Positions 51,071 through 62,417 of a DNA stretch of 64,000 nucleotides are shown here, piece after piece (position 1 is the first letter of the stretch; each line of letters opens with the position of its first letter). The position numbers and the translations under genes were made by a program. The stretch comes from an uncultured Poribacteria bacterium (lineage in GTDB: Bacteria > Poribacteria > WGA-4E > WGA-3G): assembly GCA_951813565.1 (NCBI GenBank), contig OX638351.1:352001-416000 (forward strand). Direction: 5' to 3'. The notes under the pieces are model-generated. The model saw only the letters and a list, made by a program, of their open reading frames with translations, was not told where the DNA came from and made no database searches.

Positions 51071-52036
51071 ATGTTTCGGGTAACCAAACCAGAAGGCTTC
51101 GGCAATATCCAATTAGAAGAGGTGCCGATTCCAGAGATAAATACAAACCAAATACGGGTAAAGACAGATACAACCTTAATCAGCCGTGGCTCCGAACTTT
51201 TTAGACGATACATTCTTGAAGAGTCGGTTTCACCTTCAATCATGGGATACTCTCTTACGGGAACTGTGGATGCTGTCGGAAATCAGATCACAGATTATCG
51301 TGTTGGTGATCGGGTCATGGTTGTGGCGCCGCACGCCGAATACGTTGTCGCTGAACCGAATGCAACTGATGGTCGCATCGTCCATCTTCCCACAGATGTT
51401 AGTTTTGAAGAGGGAACTTTTCTTCCGCTTGCGACGAGTTCTGTTGCTTGGGCGGACTCATCCGGTGTCCAAGCTGGAGACACAGTCGTTGTTTTGGGGC
51501 AAGGTTTGGTCGGCAGTTTGATGATGCAGGTCGTCCGTAGTTATTCTCCCGAACGAATTATCACTGTAGATGCGCTGCCATTACGGTGTGAACTTTCTGT
51601 TCGACTTGGGGCAGATGTGTCTATAAACGCTGAAGAAGAGGATCCTATCCAAGCGGTGCGTCGTCTCACCGATGGCAAAGGTGCAGATTTGGTTATAGAT
51701 TGTGTCGGTGGACATGCGGGTGTTAAGTCGTTTGAACAAGCACAGGATATGGTTCGCCAATATGGGATTATTCAACTCATTGCACTCTACCAGCAAAAAC
51801 CGCTCCCTTTACATTCGTCAAAGATGATGAGCAAGCGGCTTGTTGCTGGTATCCTGACTGATGAACCACGTTCAAATATTGCTGCCCGCGCACTGGAAAA
51901 AATACAGAAAGGTGAGATTGGTGCATCTGACATGATTACGCATCGGTTTCACTATACAGAAGCAAAAGCAGCGTTTGATCTACTATGGAATACACCTGGG
52001 GATACGCTTGGTGTATTGATAAAGTGGAAAAAGTAG
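51071..52036 (+). CDS. Medium-chain (zinc-binding family) dehydrogenase
   Basis: ISRGSE, GYS, VLGQGLVG, GADLVIDC. Confidence 0.88.
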   Translation: MFRVTKPEGFGNIQLEEVPIPEINTNQIRVKTDTTLISRGSELFRRYILEESVSPSIMGYSLTGTVDAVGNQITDYRVGDRVMVVAPHAEYVVAEPNATDGRIVHLPTDVSFEEGTFLPLATSSVAWADSSGVQAGDTVVVLGQGLVGSLMMQVVRSYSPERIITVDALPLRCELSVRLGADVSINAEEEDPIQAVRRLTDGKGADLVIDCVGGHAGVKSFEQAQDMVRQYGIIQLIALYQQKPLPLHSSKMMSKRLVAGILTDEPRSNIAARALEKIQKGEIGASDMITHRFHYTEAKAAFDLLWNTPGDTLGVLIKWKK

Positions 52037-52048
52037 AATTTCTATAGT

Positions 52049-52621
52049 ATGACTCCAGACACACAATCTGAAATTACTTTTCGGGCGAAATTGCGCGGAT
52101 TTGACCTTACCTTTACCACCACGTGGGGACTTTTTTCACCAAGAGCAGTTGATGCAGGAACACAAATGTTGATAGAACTGTTAGAAATTGAACAAGGCGA
52201 CACATGCCTTGACCTCGGATGTGGGTACGGCGCCATCGGTGTGGCTATGGCAAAGTGCAAAGAAACTGCGGATGTCTACATGGTAGACAAAGATTTTGTC
52301 GCAGTAGAATATGCAAGTAAAAATGCGAAACAGAATCAACTCTCAAATTGTCATGTCCTTTTAAGCAATGGGTTTAGCCATCTGCCCGATATTCAATTTG
52401 ATGTTATTGCTTCAAACTTACCAGCCAATGTTGGTAAAGAACTCCTGCAGATATTTTTTATAGACGCAAAGCGACATCTGAAACAGAATGGAAGGATGTA
52501 TGTCGTGACAATTTCTGGGCTACGAGAATTTATCAAACGCAATTTTATGGAAGTTTTTGGAAACTATCGGAAGGTTAAACAACGGAATACACATACGGTT
52601 GCGATGGCAACTTTTACTTAA
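52049..52621 (+). CDS. Class I SAM methyltransferase (MTS/RsmC-like)
   Basis: GLFSPRAVDAGT, LDLGCGYG, SNLP. Confidence 0.88.
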   Translation: MTPDTQSEITFRAKLRGFDLTFTTTWGLFSPRAVDAGTQMLIELLEIEQGDTCLDLGCGYGAIGVAMAKCKETADVYMVDKDFVAVEYASKNAKQNQLSNCHVLLSNGFSHLPDIQFDVIASNLPANVGKELLQIFFIDAKRHLKQNGRMYVVTISGLREFIKRNFMEVFGNYRKVKQRNTHTVAMATFT

Positions 52622-52675
52622 TTGAGTGAAATATAGGAATAAATTTGAAAACTAAATTCAATCTATTTATGAGGT

Positions 52676-54175
52676 ATGACGATGAAACTATCACAATTTG
52701 TTTGGGTATCTGCGCTATTGTTGACGGTTTTATGCTTGGTTTGCGAAGCAGCGGAGACTGAACAATTGAAATTTGAAGAAATGTTAAAACATCCCGAAGA
52801 ACATTGGTATGACCTGACCATGCTGGGAATGAAAATAGGGTACCTGCATATATATCTCGAAAAAACCGAGTATCAAGGCGAGGAAATGATTCGAAGTAGA
52901 ACAGATATGGTAATGCAATTTAAAGGGTTTGGGAATAACATGAAAATTGAGATGAACCGTATTGAGTATTCGGATTCCAATTTCATGCCTCGCTATTTTG
53001 TCCTAACCTCTAATGAATCTGGAGAGAAAAAAGTTGAAGGAAAAATCAAAGATAACGTAGCATATATGAAGACGACACTCAACGGTCAAACAACAGAATC
53101 AGAAATTGTTGTTCCCGAGGGCACAATCTCCGATACGGTCGCCGTAAACTATCTCTTATCTAAAGACCAAATGAAAATCGGTGAAAAACTTAACTACCAT
53201 ACCTTCAGTTTTGATCTACTTCAATCCATAAAAACTGAACTCAGCGTTGTAGATGAAGCAAGTTTAACGTATCAATCCGAAGAAAAACAGGTCTATATTT
53301 TGGCACAAAAGCTGGACATTATGGGTGGTATCAACTCACGTTTGTGGGTTACACGTGACGGCACAATGTATAAATCTGCGATAGATATGATGGGGCTAAC
53401 TATGGTAGCAACAAAAACAGATAGAGAAAAAGCCCTTGATGCAGTAGAAGAAGTTGATCTTGTGTTAAGCACTCGTATTATCCCTACAGGCAAAAAACCG
53501 AAACAGGGAACATCGCGGTTTGTTGGCAGCGTACAACTCTCAAAGGGTAACCTCAATGAAGCTATTATGACGAACAGCAGCCAAAAACTTAAGTTGAATT
53601 CCGAACGATCTGGAACTCTTTCTATTGAAATTCCAGAGGTAGAAGACGAAAATTGTGTTGATTTACCGGTTAAGGATCCTGAATTTCAAACTTTTCTTTC
53701 GGCAACTGCATTTATTGAAGCAGCGCATCCGGAGGTACGTGCAAAAGCAATGGAGATCTTAGATGGTGAGGTAAATTCTTGGCGTGCATCAAAGAAGTTG
53801 TGCAAATGGGTTTACAAATCTATCACCGAGAAAAAATTAACTGGTGGTTTCAACTCATCACTGAAAACCCTTGAGTCGCTTTCTGGGGATTGCACAGAAC
53901 ATACTGTGCTGCTGATAGCGATGGCACGTTCAGTCGGAATTCCGGCGCGAATCTGTTCAGGATTAGTTTTTTCAAAAGATGCGTTTTATTACCATTTTTG
54001 GCCAGAAGTATACGTAGGAACATGGGTTCAGATGGATCCTACATTAGGACAGAATATCGCCGATGCGAATCACATTCAACTTCAGGGAAGTATCCTGGAA
54101 TCTGGGACGATGGTTGAATTCACTGAAGGGGTTTTCCGCACTCTCAATCAGCTTGAAATAGATATTGTTGAATGA
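52676..54175 (+). CDS. Secreted transglutaminase-like protein
   Basis: Signal peptide; GDCTEH, YHFWPEV, WVQMDPT catalytic triad. Confidence 0.9.
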   Translation: MTMKLSQFVWVSALLLTVLCLVCEAAETEQLKFEEMLKHPEEHWYDLTMLGMKIGYLHIYLEKTEYQGEEMIRSRTDMVMQFKGFGNNMKIEMNRIEYSDSNFMPRYFVLTSNESGEKKVEGKIKDNVAYMKTTLNGQTTESEIVVPEGTISDTVAVNYLLSKDQMKIGEKLNYHTFSFDLLQSIKTELSVVDEASLTYQSEEKQVYILAQKLDIMGGINSRLWVTRDGTMYKSAIDMMGLTMVATKTDREKALDAVEEVDLVLSTRIIPTGKKPKQGTSRFVGSVQLSKGNLNEAIMTNSSQKLKLNSERSGTLSIEIPEVEDENCVDLPVKDPEFQTFLSATAFIEAAHPEVRAKAMEILDGEVNSWRASKKLCKWVYKSITEKKLTGGFNSSLKTLESLSGDCTEHTVLLIAMARSVGIPARICSGLVFSKDAFYYHFWPEVYVGTWVQMDPTLGQNIADANHIQLQGSILESGTMVEFTEGVFRTLNQLEIDIVE

Positions 54176-54216
54176 CGGATTATTGAAGATTTTAGAACTA
54201 ATTGAACATTGTTAAT

Positions 54217-54406
54217 GGTGCGGTTAGGAAACCGCACCTACCGTCTGTGCCGATGAGACGCAAACTGAATGAAGTTTAAGAAAATAAACCGGTAATTTAG
54301 CGAGGTTAGGAAACCTCGCCAGCAGAGGGCACATCTACCTCGTGCGGACAGAAAATTACCGAAAGAATAAGTTAATCTTCATTTAGTTTGCGTCTCATAA
54401 GGCACA
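54217..54406. mobile_element. REP palindromes and a roughly 146-bp MITE
   Basis: GGTGCGGTTAGGAAACCGCACCTAC; IR ATGAGACGCAAACTGAATGAAG 54253-54274 / CTTCATTTAGTTTGCGTCTCAT 54377-54398. Confidence 0.7.
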
Positions 54407-54613
54407 AACTAAAAGTTTGTGCTACAACTTCTATTGTCCATTATCTTTCCAAGATAAGTTTATCAAAGTGTCCCAATAATTTCAAAGTTCACTATAATCT
54501 TCATAAAGTTTGCGCTACAGCAGTATCCAAGTGATTAAAGGCTTACTATAAACGGCTTTTAAAAGGATAAACCCACTTTCGCAGGTGATACCTGACAACA
54601 GGAGCAATTACGT

Positions 54614-56692
54614 TTGGCTTTTCTTAACCCACTTTTCCTTTTTGGCTTGTTGGCTGCGGCAATTCCACTACTTATTCATCTTTGGAGCCGCCGCCAAGCT
54701 GTGACTGTAGACTTTAGCAGTTTGATGTTTTTGGTTGCAGCACATCGCCAAAATGTCCGCAGGTTACAACTCAAACAACTGCTGATTCTACTTTTACGGA
54801 TGTTAATTGTGGCACTTATTGCCCTCGCTTTGGCACGTCCATTTCTAACACTCGGTCTTCCACTTGCTGCTGTTAGAGCTAAGACTGATGTCGTAATTGT
54901 TTTAGATAACTCTTACAGCATGGGGTATCAAGACGTTGACGGTGTCTGGTTTGAAAAAGCAAAAACTTTGGCAACTGATGTGGTTCGCTCCCTTCGTCAT
55001 GGAGATTCTGCCAGTCTTATTTTAATGTCGGATATTCCGCAACCTGTTTTTCGACAACTCACACCTGATGTTGAAAGTGTTATCACTGCAATACAAAAAG
55101 CAGAGTTATCCTATCGCGCTACAAACGTCCAACCAAGCATTGAACTTGCGCACGAAATTCTTTCTGAGTCAACCCAACAAAATAAAGAACTTTATCTAAT
55201 TTCTGATTTCGCACAGAACGGTTGGGTCAATTGGGGAGTGATTCCAAATAGATCTGGTTCTCGAATTATCTTATTACCTGTTAGTGAAAGAGTTCCACAT
55301 AATACAAATATTGAAGAAATCCTGCCCTCACATCAACTAATCGGTGTTGATTTGCCGTTCCATTTAAACGCAATGATAAAAAATTATTCTGATGTCCCTA
55401 TTTCACAAACAACACTGACGTTTTTTGTGGGAGACCAGAAAAGGAAAACACAGACTTTCTCTGCTACAGCAGATGAATCAATAGTGACCACTTTAACACA
55501 GACTTTTTCAGCACCGGGAACGCATACTGGATACTTTGAGTTAACTAATGATCGCTTGAATGCGGATAATCGTCGATATTTCGCCCTTGAAGCACTCGGT
55601 GAAATTCGAGTGCTTTGTGTCAGTGAACAGACAGAATATCTAAAATTGGCATTGAATCCATTAGAAAACAAGCGGACTGTGGGCGCACTTGTAAAATCAT
55701 CTATGATACAACCGACAGCGTGTACCCCCGCAGAATTTGAGATGTTTCCTCTTGAAGGTTATGATATTATCCTCCTTGCAGATGTGCCAAAAATCTCTAC
55801 AAAGGCACAAGCGCAGTTAAGTGATTTTATCCGTCAAGGGAAAAGTATAATTGTATTCGTTTCTGACAACTACAACCTATCGTGGGCACCAGCGCAATTC
55901 GGTCAACCGATTATATGGCAGATACCGCAACAAGTCAGTAAGTATGAGGAGACACATCCTATCTTTGAGATTTTTTCAGAGAACATCTTTTCAGGTCAAT
56001 ACGGACCACAATTTTATCAAAGTATGACGGCAGCACCTGCTTCTGATGCAACCGTTATTGCACGTTTTGGTGATGATACGCCGTTTCTGATAGAACGACG
56101 TGAAGGAAAAAGTCATATTTTGTTCTTTAACTGTAGTCTCCAACAGCAACCTAATAGTAGTGAATTGCTTGTTAATCCATATTTCTTGCCCCTACTTCAA
56201 CATAGTGTGCTTTATGTAATGCACAGTAACACGCAGAAAAATATAAATGTTGGAGAAGCCTACGTAGAAAGTTTTCCTCAGAATTCTGGAGGGCAGGCAT
56301 GGATCAAAAGACCCGAATCGTCCGGTGAAGATACCATGACAGCGGTTCCGATCAGTGAAGACGGTTCGTTGCGTTTTGAGTCTACAGAACGCCCTGGTAT
56401 CTATCAAGTAGATGTAAAAGCACAGGACAGACTATTTCGAGATTTTTTCGCTGTAAATACCTCAACTGCTGAAGCCGATTTGACTTCAATTCCGCTGCAG
56501 CAGGCATCTGAACGCGTCAACGCACAACCCGGATCAACGAATGAGACAGGTGAATTGGACACTGAAGCATTAGACATCAAAAGACATGGCAGAGAAATTT
56601 GGGGTGAATTGCTTGTTTTGGCTGTCTGTCTCTTACTTCTTGAAGGTTTTCTTTCTAACCGTCAAAGCGTATTGGCGGCAGGTGAAGCATAA
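54614..56692 (+). CDS. BatA N-terminal + vWA domain membrane protein
   Basis: MAFLNPLFL..IPLLIHL, LALARP, MIDAS DNSYSM, C-terminal TM. Confidence 0.88.
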   Translation: MAFLNPLFLFGLLAAAIPLLIHLWSRRQAVTVDFSSLMFLVAAHRQNVRRLQLKQLLILLLRMLIVALIALALARPFLTLGLPLAAVRAKTDVVIVLDNSYSMGYQDVDGVWFEKAKTLATDVVRSLRHGDSASLILMSDIPQPVFRQLTPDVESVITAIQKAELSYRATNVQPSIELAHEILSESTQQNKELYLISDFAQNGWVNWGVIPNRSGSRIILLPVSERVPHNTNIEEILPSHQLIGVDLPFHLNAMIKNYSDVPISQTTLTFFVGDQKRKTQTFSATADESIVTTLTQTFSAPGTHTGYFELTNDRLNADNRRYFALEALGEIRVLCVSEQTEYLKLALNPLENKRTVGALVKSSMIQPTACTPAEFEMFPLEGYDIILLADVPKISTKAQAQLSDFIRQGKSIIVFVSDNYNLSWAPAQFGQPIIWQIPQQVSKYEETHPIFEIFSENIFSGQYGPQFYQSMTAAPASDATVIARFGDDTPFLIERREGKSHILFFNCSLQQQPNSSELLVNPYFLPLLQHSVLYVMHSNTQKNINVGEAYVESFPQNSGGQAWIKRPESSGEDTMTAVPISEDGSLRFESTERPGIYQVDVKAQDRLFRDFFAVNTSTAEADLTSIPLQQASERVNAQPGSTNETGELDTEALDIKRHGREIWGELLVLAVCLLLLEGFLSNRQSVLAAGEA

Positions 56693-58659
56693 TGGTAGAT
56701 TTCAAGGGAATACGCAGTTTTCACAGTACTGTCTGTCTTTATATGCGCCAGTTTTCTACTTGCCTACACTATAGTTTTTTGTTTTTAATGATGATACTTT
56801 GCCTCAACGCACAACCTATTTTTAGTAATCAAGCCAATGTTGTCCGTAGTCTTGTAATAAAGGGTAATCGCTCATTTTCCAGAGAACAAATTCAGAATCT
56901 GATACAAACAAGTGTTGGAGAATCCTATGATGTTGAGATGTTGAAAAAGGATTCTGAAAAGATTACTCGTTTTTTACACAATAAAGGCATCACTTATGCG
57001 AGAGTGACCGAATCTCCAAAAAAATTTGAGGATGGTGTTTATATCAGCATTGCAATAGATGAGGGAATAATTGACGCAATTACACTATCGGGGAATACGA
57101 AAACTAAAGATAATGTCATTTTACGTGAATTGCTATTTCAGAAAGGCGATATCTATGTTGAAGCGGATAAAAAAGAGAGCGAACGTATTCTAAGACAGAA
57201 ACGTTATATCGGTGCCGCAAAGATTGAGTCCAAATGGGATGCAGAATTGCAAAAAGTCGCAATTCATGTTACCGTTACAGAACTGTTTTCTTTAACCGGT
57301 GCGCTTGATCCAGGAATTAACAATCAAAGTGGGTATTTTCTTGCGCAAGTCAGAGAAGCTAATATTTTCGGCTCTGGGCAAGCAGGGCAAATTAGATATG
57401 AACGGATTACTGAAGCAGGAGAGAAAACTCGCGGGCTTTTTACTTGGAAATATAGGATGCCCCGTCTTGTCAATTCTCATTGGAACTTCGATAGTGAATA
57501 CGTCCAGAAGCGTGAAGGTGATTCATGGCGCGTTTTATTGGAGCGACCTCAATATACCTTAAAAAGCCGTTGGAGTGCAAATTTCAGCATCTCTGAATTA
57601 ATTAATGAAGTACGTTGGTACGAAAATGGAGAAAAAACTGATATTTTTGAGCAAACGCTCCACAAAACATCCGGTAATATACTACAGTACTTTGGAGACC
57701 GCCATCATCAAAACTACTTAGGCTTCTGGTTTGACTCACACCGTACAATCTACTTTCCAATTGAGTCTATCAGGGTTTCGGACGCGTCCCCATCTAATCG
57801 TAACATCAAACGCGTAGGTATTACGCTCGGACGGAGAAATGTTGGTTTCCATCAAACACGATTCCTCAGAGGAATGGGAGGAGATGAAGATTTTTTGAGT
57901 GGCTCTCAATTCCACACATCTATTGGATATGCTTCTCCATTATATGGTTCTGAGCGCACTGAATATTATGCAGCCTTTGGTGTTAATGGCGGTTGGGTAA
58001 GTCAAAATCGGTTTTTTGGCACTGCACGCATCACATTTGAAACAAGTTTTACTAACCAGATTGAACGTTCTGTTTTGCAAGCACGAAGTGCGTTATTTTT
58101 TCGAGATGTATTCAACACAGGTGACATTTATAGAGTAGATACAGGATTTCGTGAGAACGGTTTATTTGATTTTCAACAGACGTTTGTCGCACAATTTAAA
58201 TCGGAGATGCAGTTTGGATGGCGTGGTGAAAGCCAAGTTGTTTTAGGTTCTGGCAACGGTTTGCGTGGATACGGACTTCGACAGTTTAACGGTGAAAAAA
58301 TGATGGTGCTAAGTTTAGAAAGCCGCACCCTTTGCGGCGGTGACTTCTTCAGAAAGATTAATGACGGTCTGACCAAGGTGTCTACATTCTTTGCTAAGCC
58401 TTTTATTAAAGATCGCATCGTTGACCTCGGTCTCATCTTGAGTGCGACTGTTTTTACGGATATTGGTTACATCTGGGATAGTTATAATACATTTGATATA
58501 CAAGAAGTAAAATCGAGCGTAGGATTTGGGTTACGCGGTAGTGTTTCTCAGGTAAGCGATGCAGGTATCTTTCGGATTGAACTCGCGTTTCCGCTTGATC
58601 CGCCATTGACCCCACCATTGCGACCACAGATTTTTTATGGCGTTGAGCGAGCTTTCTAA
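56692..58659 (+). CDS. Omp85/BamA-TamA family outer membrane protein with POTRA domains
   Basis: GNTKTKDNVILREL, GLRGY, SVGFGLR, terminal Phe. Confidence 0.85.
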   Translation: MVDFKGIRSFHSTVCLYMRQFSTCLHYSFLFLMMILCLNAQPIFSNQANVVRSLVIKGNRSFSREQIQNLIQTSVGESYDVEMLKKDSEKITRFLHNKGITYARVTESPKKFEDGVYISIAIDEGIIDAITLSGNTKTKDNVILRELLFQKGDIYVEADKKESERILRQKRYIGAAKIESKWDAELQKVAIHVTVTELFSLTGALDPGINNQSGYFLAQVREANIFGSGQAGQIRYERITEAGEKTRGLFTWKYRMPRLVNSHWNFDSEYVQKREGDSWRVLLERPQYTLKSRWSANFSISELINEVRWYENGEKTDIFEQTLHKTSGNILQYFGDRHHQNYLGFWFDSHRTIYFPIESIRVSDASPSNRNIKRVGITLGRRNVGFHQTRFLRGMGGDEDFLSGSQFHTSIGYASPLYGSERTEYYAAFGVNGGWVSQNRFFGTARITFETSFTNQIERSVLQARSALFFRDVFNTGDIYRVDTGFRENGLFDFQQTFVAQFKSEMQFGWRGESQVVLGSGNGLRGYGLRQFNGEKMMVLSLESRTLCGGDFFRKINDGLTKVSTFFAKPFIKDRIVDLGLILSATVFTDIGYIWDSYNTFDIQEVKSSVGFGLRGSVSQVSDAGIFRIELAFPLDPPLTPPLRPQIFYGVERAF

Positions 58660-58687
58660 ATTTCATCAAAAACAATGATACAGATTT

Positions 58688-60595
58688 ATGGACAAACCGC
58701 CACGCGTATCAACCGAAAATATCACATGGCGAGCCATAGTTTTAGGACTGCTAACACTTCCGCTTAATATCTACCTTGTTGTTCAAACAGAAACTGTTTG
58801 GACAACACAATATCCCACCACGATGGCGATTTTTTTCAACGCCGTCTTTACACTTTTCCTTGTCGCAATCTGCAACCTGTTTCTAACACGATATCTTCCA
58901 AAATGGAAACTTACACAAGCAGAAATGCTAACCGTCTATCTCATGGTAACGTTGGCATGTGTTGTCTGCGGACATGATTTGTTGCAGGCAACAATGTGTA
59001 TTCTTGGACACGCCAGTTGGTTTGCTACGCCAGAGAATGAATGGCAATCCCTTTTCTTTCGATACATACCAGACTGGATTGCAGTGATGGACCGCGGGGC
59101 CTTAACAGGTTATTATGAAGGAACATCTAACCTGTTTGAAATGGAACATATTCGGGCATGGCTTACACCTGTCCTGTTTTGGCTACTTTTCTTTTCTGCG
59201 CTCGTTTTTTCCATGATAATGCTCAGTGCGATCCTCCGAAAGCAGTGGATTGAACATGAGAAACTGAGCTACCCGATTATATTGCTCCCTTATGAAATGA
59301 CAAAGGGAAGTGTTTTCTATAAAAACCGACTCCTCTGGGTCGGGTTCGGCGTAGGATTAGGACTTGATCTGCTAAACGGGATGAATTTCCTCTTTCCTTT
59401 CGTTCCCGGGATTCCTATTCGGCATGATATTGGTCGGATGTTCACGGAAAAACCGCTCAACGCTATCGGTTCAACGCCCATCCACTTGAACCCCTATGCA
59501 ATAGGAATAGGTTTTTTAATGCCGCTTGATTTGTCGCTGTCCTGCTGGGTTTTCTACCTATTTTGGAAGGTGCAACTCATTTTCGGATCCATGTCAGGTT
59601 TGAATCAGACACCTGGTTACCCTCATATTGATATGCAATCACTTGGTGCATACTTTGGATTATGTTTCTTTGCGCTCTGGATAACACATAAGCACTTATG
59701 GAAAGTATTCCGAAATATTATCGGCATGAAAACTGACCTTGACTCGTCAAGTGAACCGATTGGGTATCGCGGTGCGTTTTTCGGGTTTTTGATTAGTATT
59801 GCAATTGTGTTTGGATTTTGCCTGACAGCAGGCATGTCATGGTGGGGAATCCTTGGATTCTTCAGCATTCATTTTATACTGGTTTTAGCGTTCACTCGGA
59901 TGCGTGCTGAACTTGGAACACCAACACAGGATTTCTATCGTGCAGGTCCGAGTTTTTTCCTAACCTCACTTTTTGGGTCCAGAAAAATTGGGGCACAAAC
60001 GTTAACAGGGTTCTCGTTCCTATACGGTTTTACCCGCAATTATCGCTCACAACCGATGCCGAATCAACTTGAAGGTTTTAAACTTGCTGAAAAAGGGGCA
60101 ATCAACAACCGCCAACTGCTTTGGGTGATGTGGGGATCATCGGTCATCGGACTATTCATCGGGTTTGTGGCTTTCCTACATGCAGGTTATCTACACGGAA
60201 GTTTAGGAACATGGCGCGGACAAGAAGCGTTCAACGATCTTCAACGTTGGTTGACATTTCCAAGTGATACAGAATGGAGACATCTCGGTTTCTTCGGTTT
60301 TGGAATTGTCCTCACACTGAGCACGCTTTTTATGCGGTTACGGTTTATCTGGTGGCAGCTGCACCCACTTGCCTATCCGCTTGCTGGGAATTGGAACTTC
60401 GGCAGGCTTTGGTTTCCTGTGTTTTTAGCATGGGTGATAAAGTCTATACTTGTTCGACACGGCGGAATTGGCGCGTACCGTAAGGCTCTCCCACTGTTTT
60501 TTGGTGCAATGTTAGGCGAATTTGTTATGGGAAGTTTATGGGCAATTTTGGGTTTGTCTTTAGGACAACGGATGTACTCGTTTAAGCATTGGTAG
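58688..60595 (+). CDS. Polytopic membrane protein (putative transporter, DUF6785/DUF6784-like)
   Basis: Many TM helices; RKQWIEHEKLSYP, RMRAELG, WWQLHPLAY motifs. Confidence 0.75.
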   Translation: MDKPPRVSTENITWRAIVLGLLTLPLNIYLVVQTETVWTTQYPTTMAIFFNAVFTLFLVAICNLFLTRYLPKWKLTQAEMLTVYLMVTLACVVCGHDLLQATMCILGHASWFATPENEWQSLFFRYIPDWIAVMDRGALTGYYEGTSNLFEMEHIRAWLTPVLFWLLFFSALVFSMIMLSAILRKQWIEHEKLSYPIILLPYEMTKGSVFYKNRLLWVGFGVGLGLDLLNGMNFLFPFVPGIPIRHDIGRMFTEKPLNAIGSTPIHLNPYAIGIGFLMPLDLSLSCWVFYLFWKVQLIFGSMSGLNQTPGYPHIDMQSLGAYFGLCFFALWITHKHLWKVFRNIIGMKTDLDSSSEPIGYRGAFFGFLISIAIVFGFCLTAGMSWWGILGFFSIHFILVLAFTRMRAELGTPTQDFYRAGPSFFLTSLFGSRKIGAQTLTGFSFLYGFTRNYRSQPMPNQLEGFKLAEKGAINNRQLLWVMWGSSVIGLFIGFVAFLHAGYLHGSLGTWRGQEAFNDLQRWLTFPSDTEWRHLGFFGFGIVLTLSTLFMRLRFIWWQLHPLAYPLAGNWNFGRLWFPVFLAWVIKSILVRHGGIGAYRKALPLFFGAMLGEFVMGSLWAILGLSLGQRMYSFKHW

Positions 60596-60649
60596 AAACA
60601 GAAAATCTATCAAGTGGAATATTCTTGCTTATAGTGAAACCTAAAAATA

Positions 60650-61007
60650 ACGTGAGTTTGATAATTAGACCCAAATGTAGATGTCCGTTGGGTAGAGCGA
60701 AGCGAAACCCATAACTGTCAACTTAAGAAAAAATGCTGGATATTCTCTTGTGGGAGGGGTTTTTAACCCCTCCCACAAGAAGGTATATCCTTAAATTGAC
60801 GCCTATGGGTAGAGCGAAACCCAACAATTCAACCATCTTGACAGTCCTAAAGAGTTGGGTTTCACTTATTTTTTCAGAAATGTAGACCTCAAATGGGTCA
60901 ACAACCTCTCTTTAGAGGCTGTTTTTATTGCCCATTTTTGTTCTACCCCACCGAATGCCGTAGGCGCATTCGGTGTTGATTCCCTACGGGATTTATCAAA
61001 CTCACGT
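60650..61007. mobile_element. IS982-derived MITE, inverted relative to 16701-17196
   Basis: Same TIR; backbone is the reverse complement of the 16.7 kb copy; nested element at 60711-60806. Confidence 0.9.
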
Positions 61008-61127
61008 TACTATAAAATATTTTTTTCAGTTATCATAACCAACTATAGTTTGGACAATTCTTGTCTCGTCAATGTTGAGTTTCAACGGAAGAACTATTGT
61101 TATACACGCCGCGACCAAGGCGAGGGT

Positions 61128-61592
61128 TTAACGATTAGCAGGTGGAGTTTGTATACCTATACCTCCCTGATCCACCACCTTGAGATTACCTTGCTCGTTA
61201 ATATGAAAGGCACCGTAACCGAAACCCGGAACCTCAATACGCATTTGCGGCACTTCTGACATCCAATTGATAGAAACGGTAACATCGCTCACACTAACCG
61301 CGCCTGAACTCTCCGGCACTAAACCCACGGAAGATATTGATACTGTAGGAGTATCCGTTTTGCGGAGCGTGAATATATCCGTCATTCTGTTCCCATATAA
61401 TATATGATATTCGCGCTTTCGCGTCACCTCATAGTTCTGATCCTTCATATACCAGAGGATTGTGCCTTCTTCCGCAGCTGTATCAGCTCCAAAAATCATT
61501 TGAGGCGGTTGCGAATTTTTGTAGACGTTTATGCCAATCCAACACGTCACAATAACAAGAATCCCAATAACTATCCATCTTAATCGTTTCAT
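61128..61592 (-). CDS. Membrane-anchored hypothetical protein, paralog A
   Basis: RBS GGAGG, N-terminal TM. Confidence 0.8.
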   Translation of the reverse strand: MKRLRWIVIGILVIVTCWIGINVYKNSQPPQMIFGADTAAEEGTILWYMKDQNYEVTRKREYHILYGNRMTDIFTLRKTDTPTVSISSVGLVPESSGAVSVSDVTVSINWMSEVPQMRIEVPGFGYGAFHINEQGNLKVVDQGGIGIQTPPANR

Positions 61593-61851
61593 CTGTCGTC
61601 CTCCATTCTATCAATGCCTTGATTGAAACACCAATCGCGCTAATCAAGTGAACAATTGCCTCGCTACTGCTCTTTATTATCAGTTTTTTTGATTTCAAAT
61701 TTTTTTAATTCAAGCGTTTTCGATTGAAGGGTAGGTATGTCTATAGTAAAGTCTTCCGTATCAGGAATTATTTCTAAAAAGATATGCTGCCTTTCCTGAT
61801 GAGTTTCAACGGAAGAACTATTGTTATACACGCCGCGACTAAAGCGAGGGT

Positions 61852-62346
61852 TTAACGATTAGCAGGTGGGGTTTGTATACCTATATCTCCCTGATCCACC
61901 ACCTTGAGATTACCTTGCTCGTTAATATGAAAGACACCGTAACCGAAACCCGGAACCTCAATACGCATTTGCAGCACTTCTGGCATCCAATTGATAGAAA
62001 CGGTAACATTGTTCACACTAACCGCGCCTGAACTCTCTGGTATTACGCCGAGGGTACTTTCTCTCGGTACTGCCACTGCTGTGGGGTTTACCAATATATC
62101 CGATGGAACAGCGATGTGGTGTAACGTGAACATATCCTGTCTGAATCCGAATAATATAGGATACGTGCTCTTGCGCTCCAGTTTATAGTTATGATACTTC
62201 AGATACCAAAGGATTGTGCCTTCTTCCGCAGCTGTATCAGCTCCAAAAATCACTTGAGGCGGTTGCGAATATTTGTAGACGTTTATGCCAATCCAACACG
62301 TCACAATAACAAGAATCCCAATAACTATCCATCTTAATCGTTTCAT
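61852..62346 (-). CDS. Membrane-anchored hypothetical protein, paralog B
   Basis: RBS GGAGG, N-terminal TM. Confidence 0.8.
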   Translation of the reverse strand: MKRLRWIVIGILVIVTCWIGINVYKYSQPPQVIFGADTAAEEGTILWYLKYHNYKLERKSTYPILFGFRQDMFTLHHIAVPSDILVNPTAVAVPRESTLGVIPESSGAVSVNNVTVSINWMPEVLQMRIEVPGFGYGVFHINEQGNLKVVDQGDIGIQTPPANR

Positions 62347-62417
62347 CTGTCGTCCTCCATTCTATCAATGCCTTGATTGAAACACCAATCGCGCTAATCA
62401 AGTGAACAATTGCCTCG

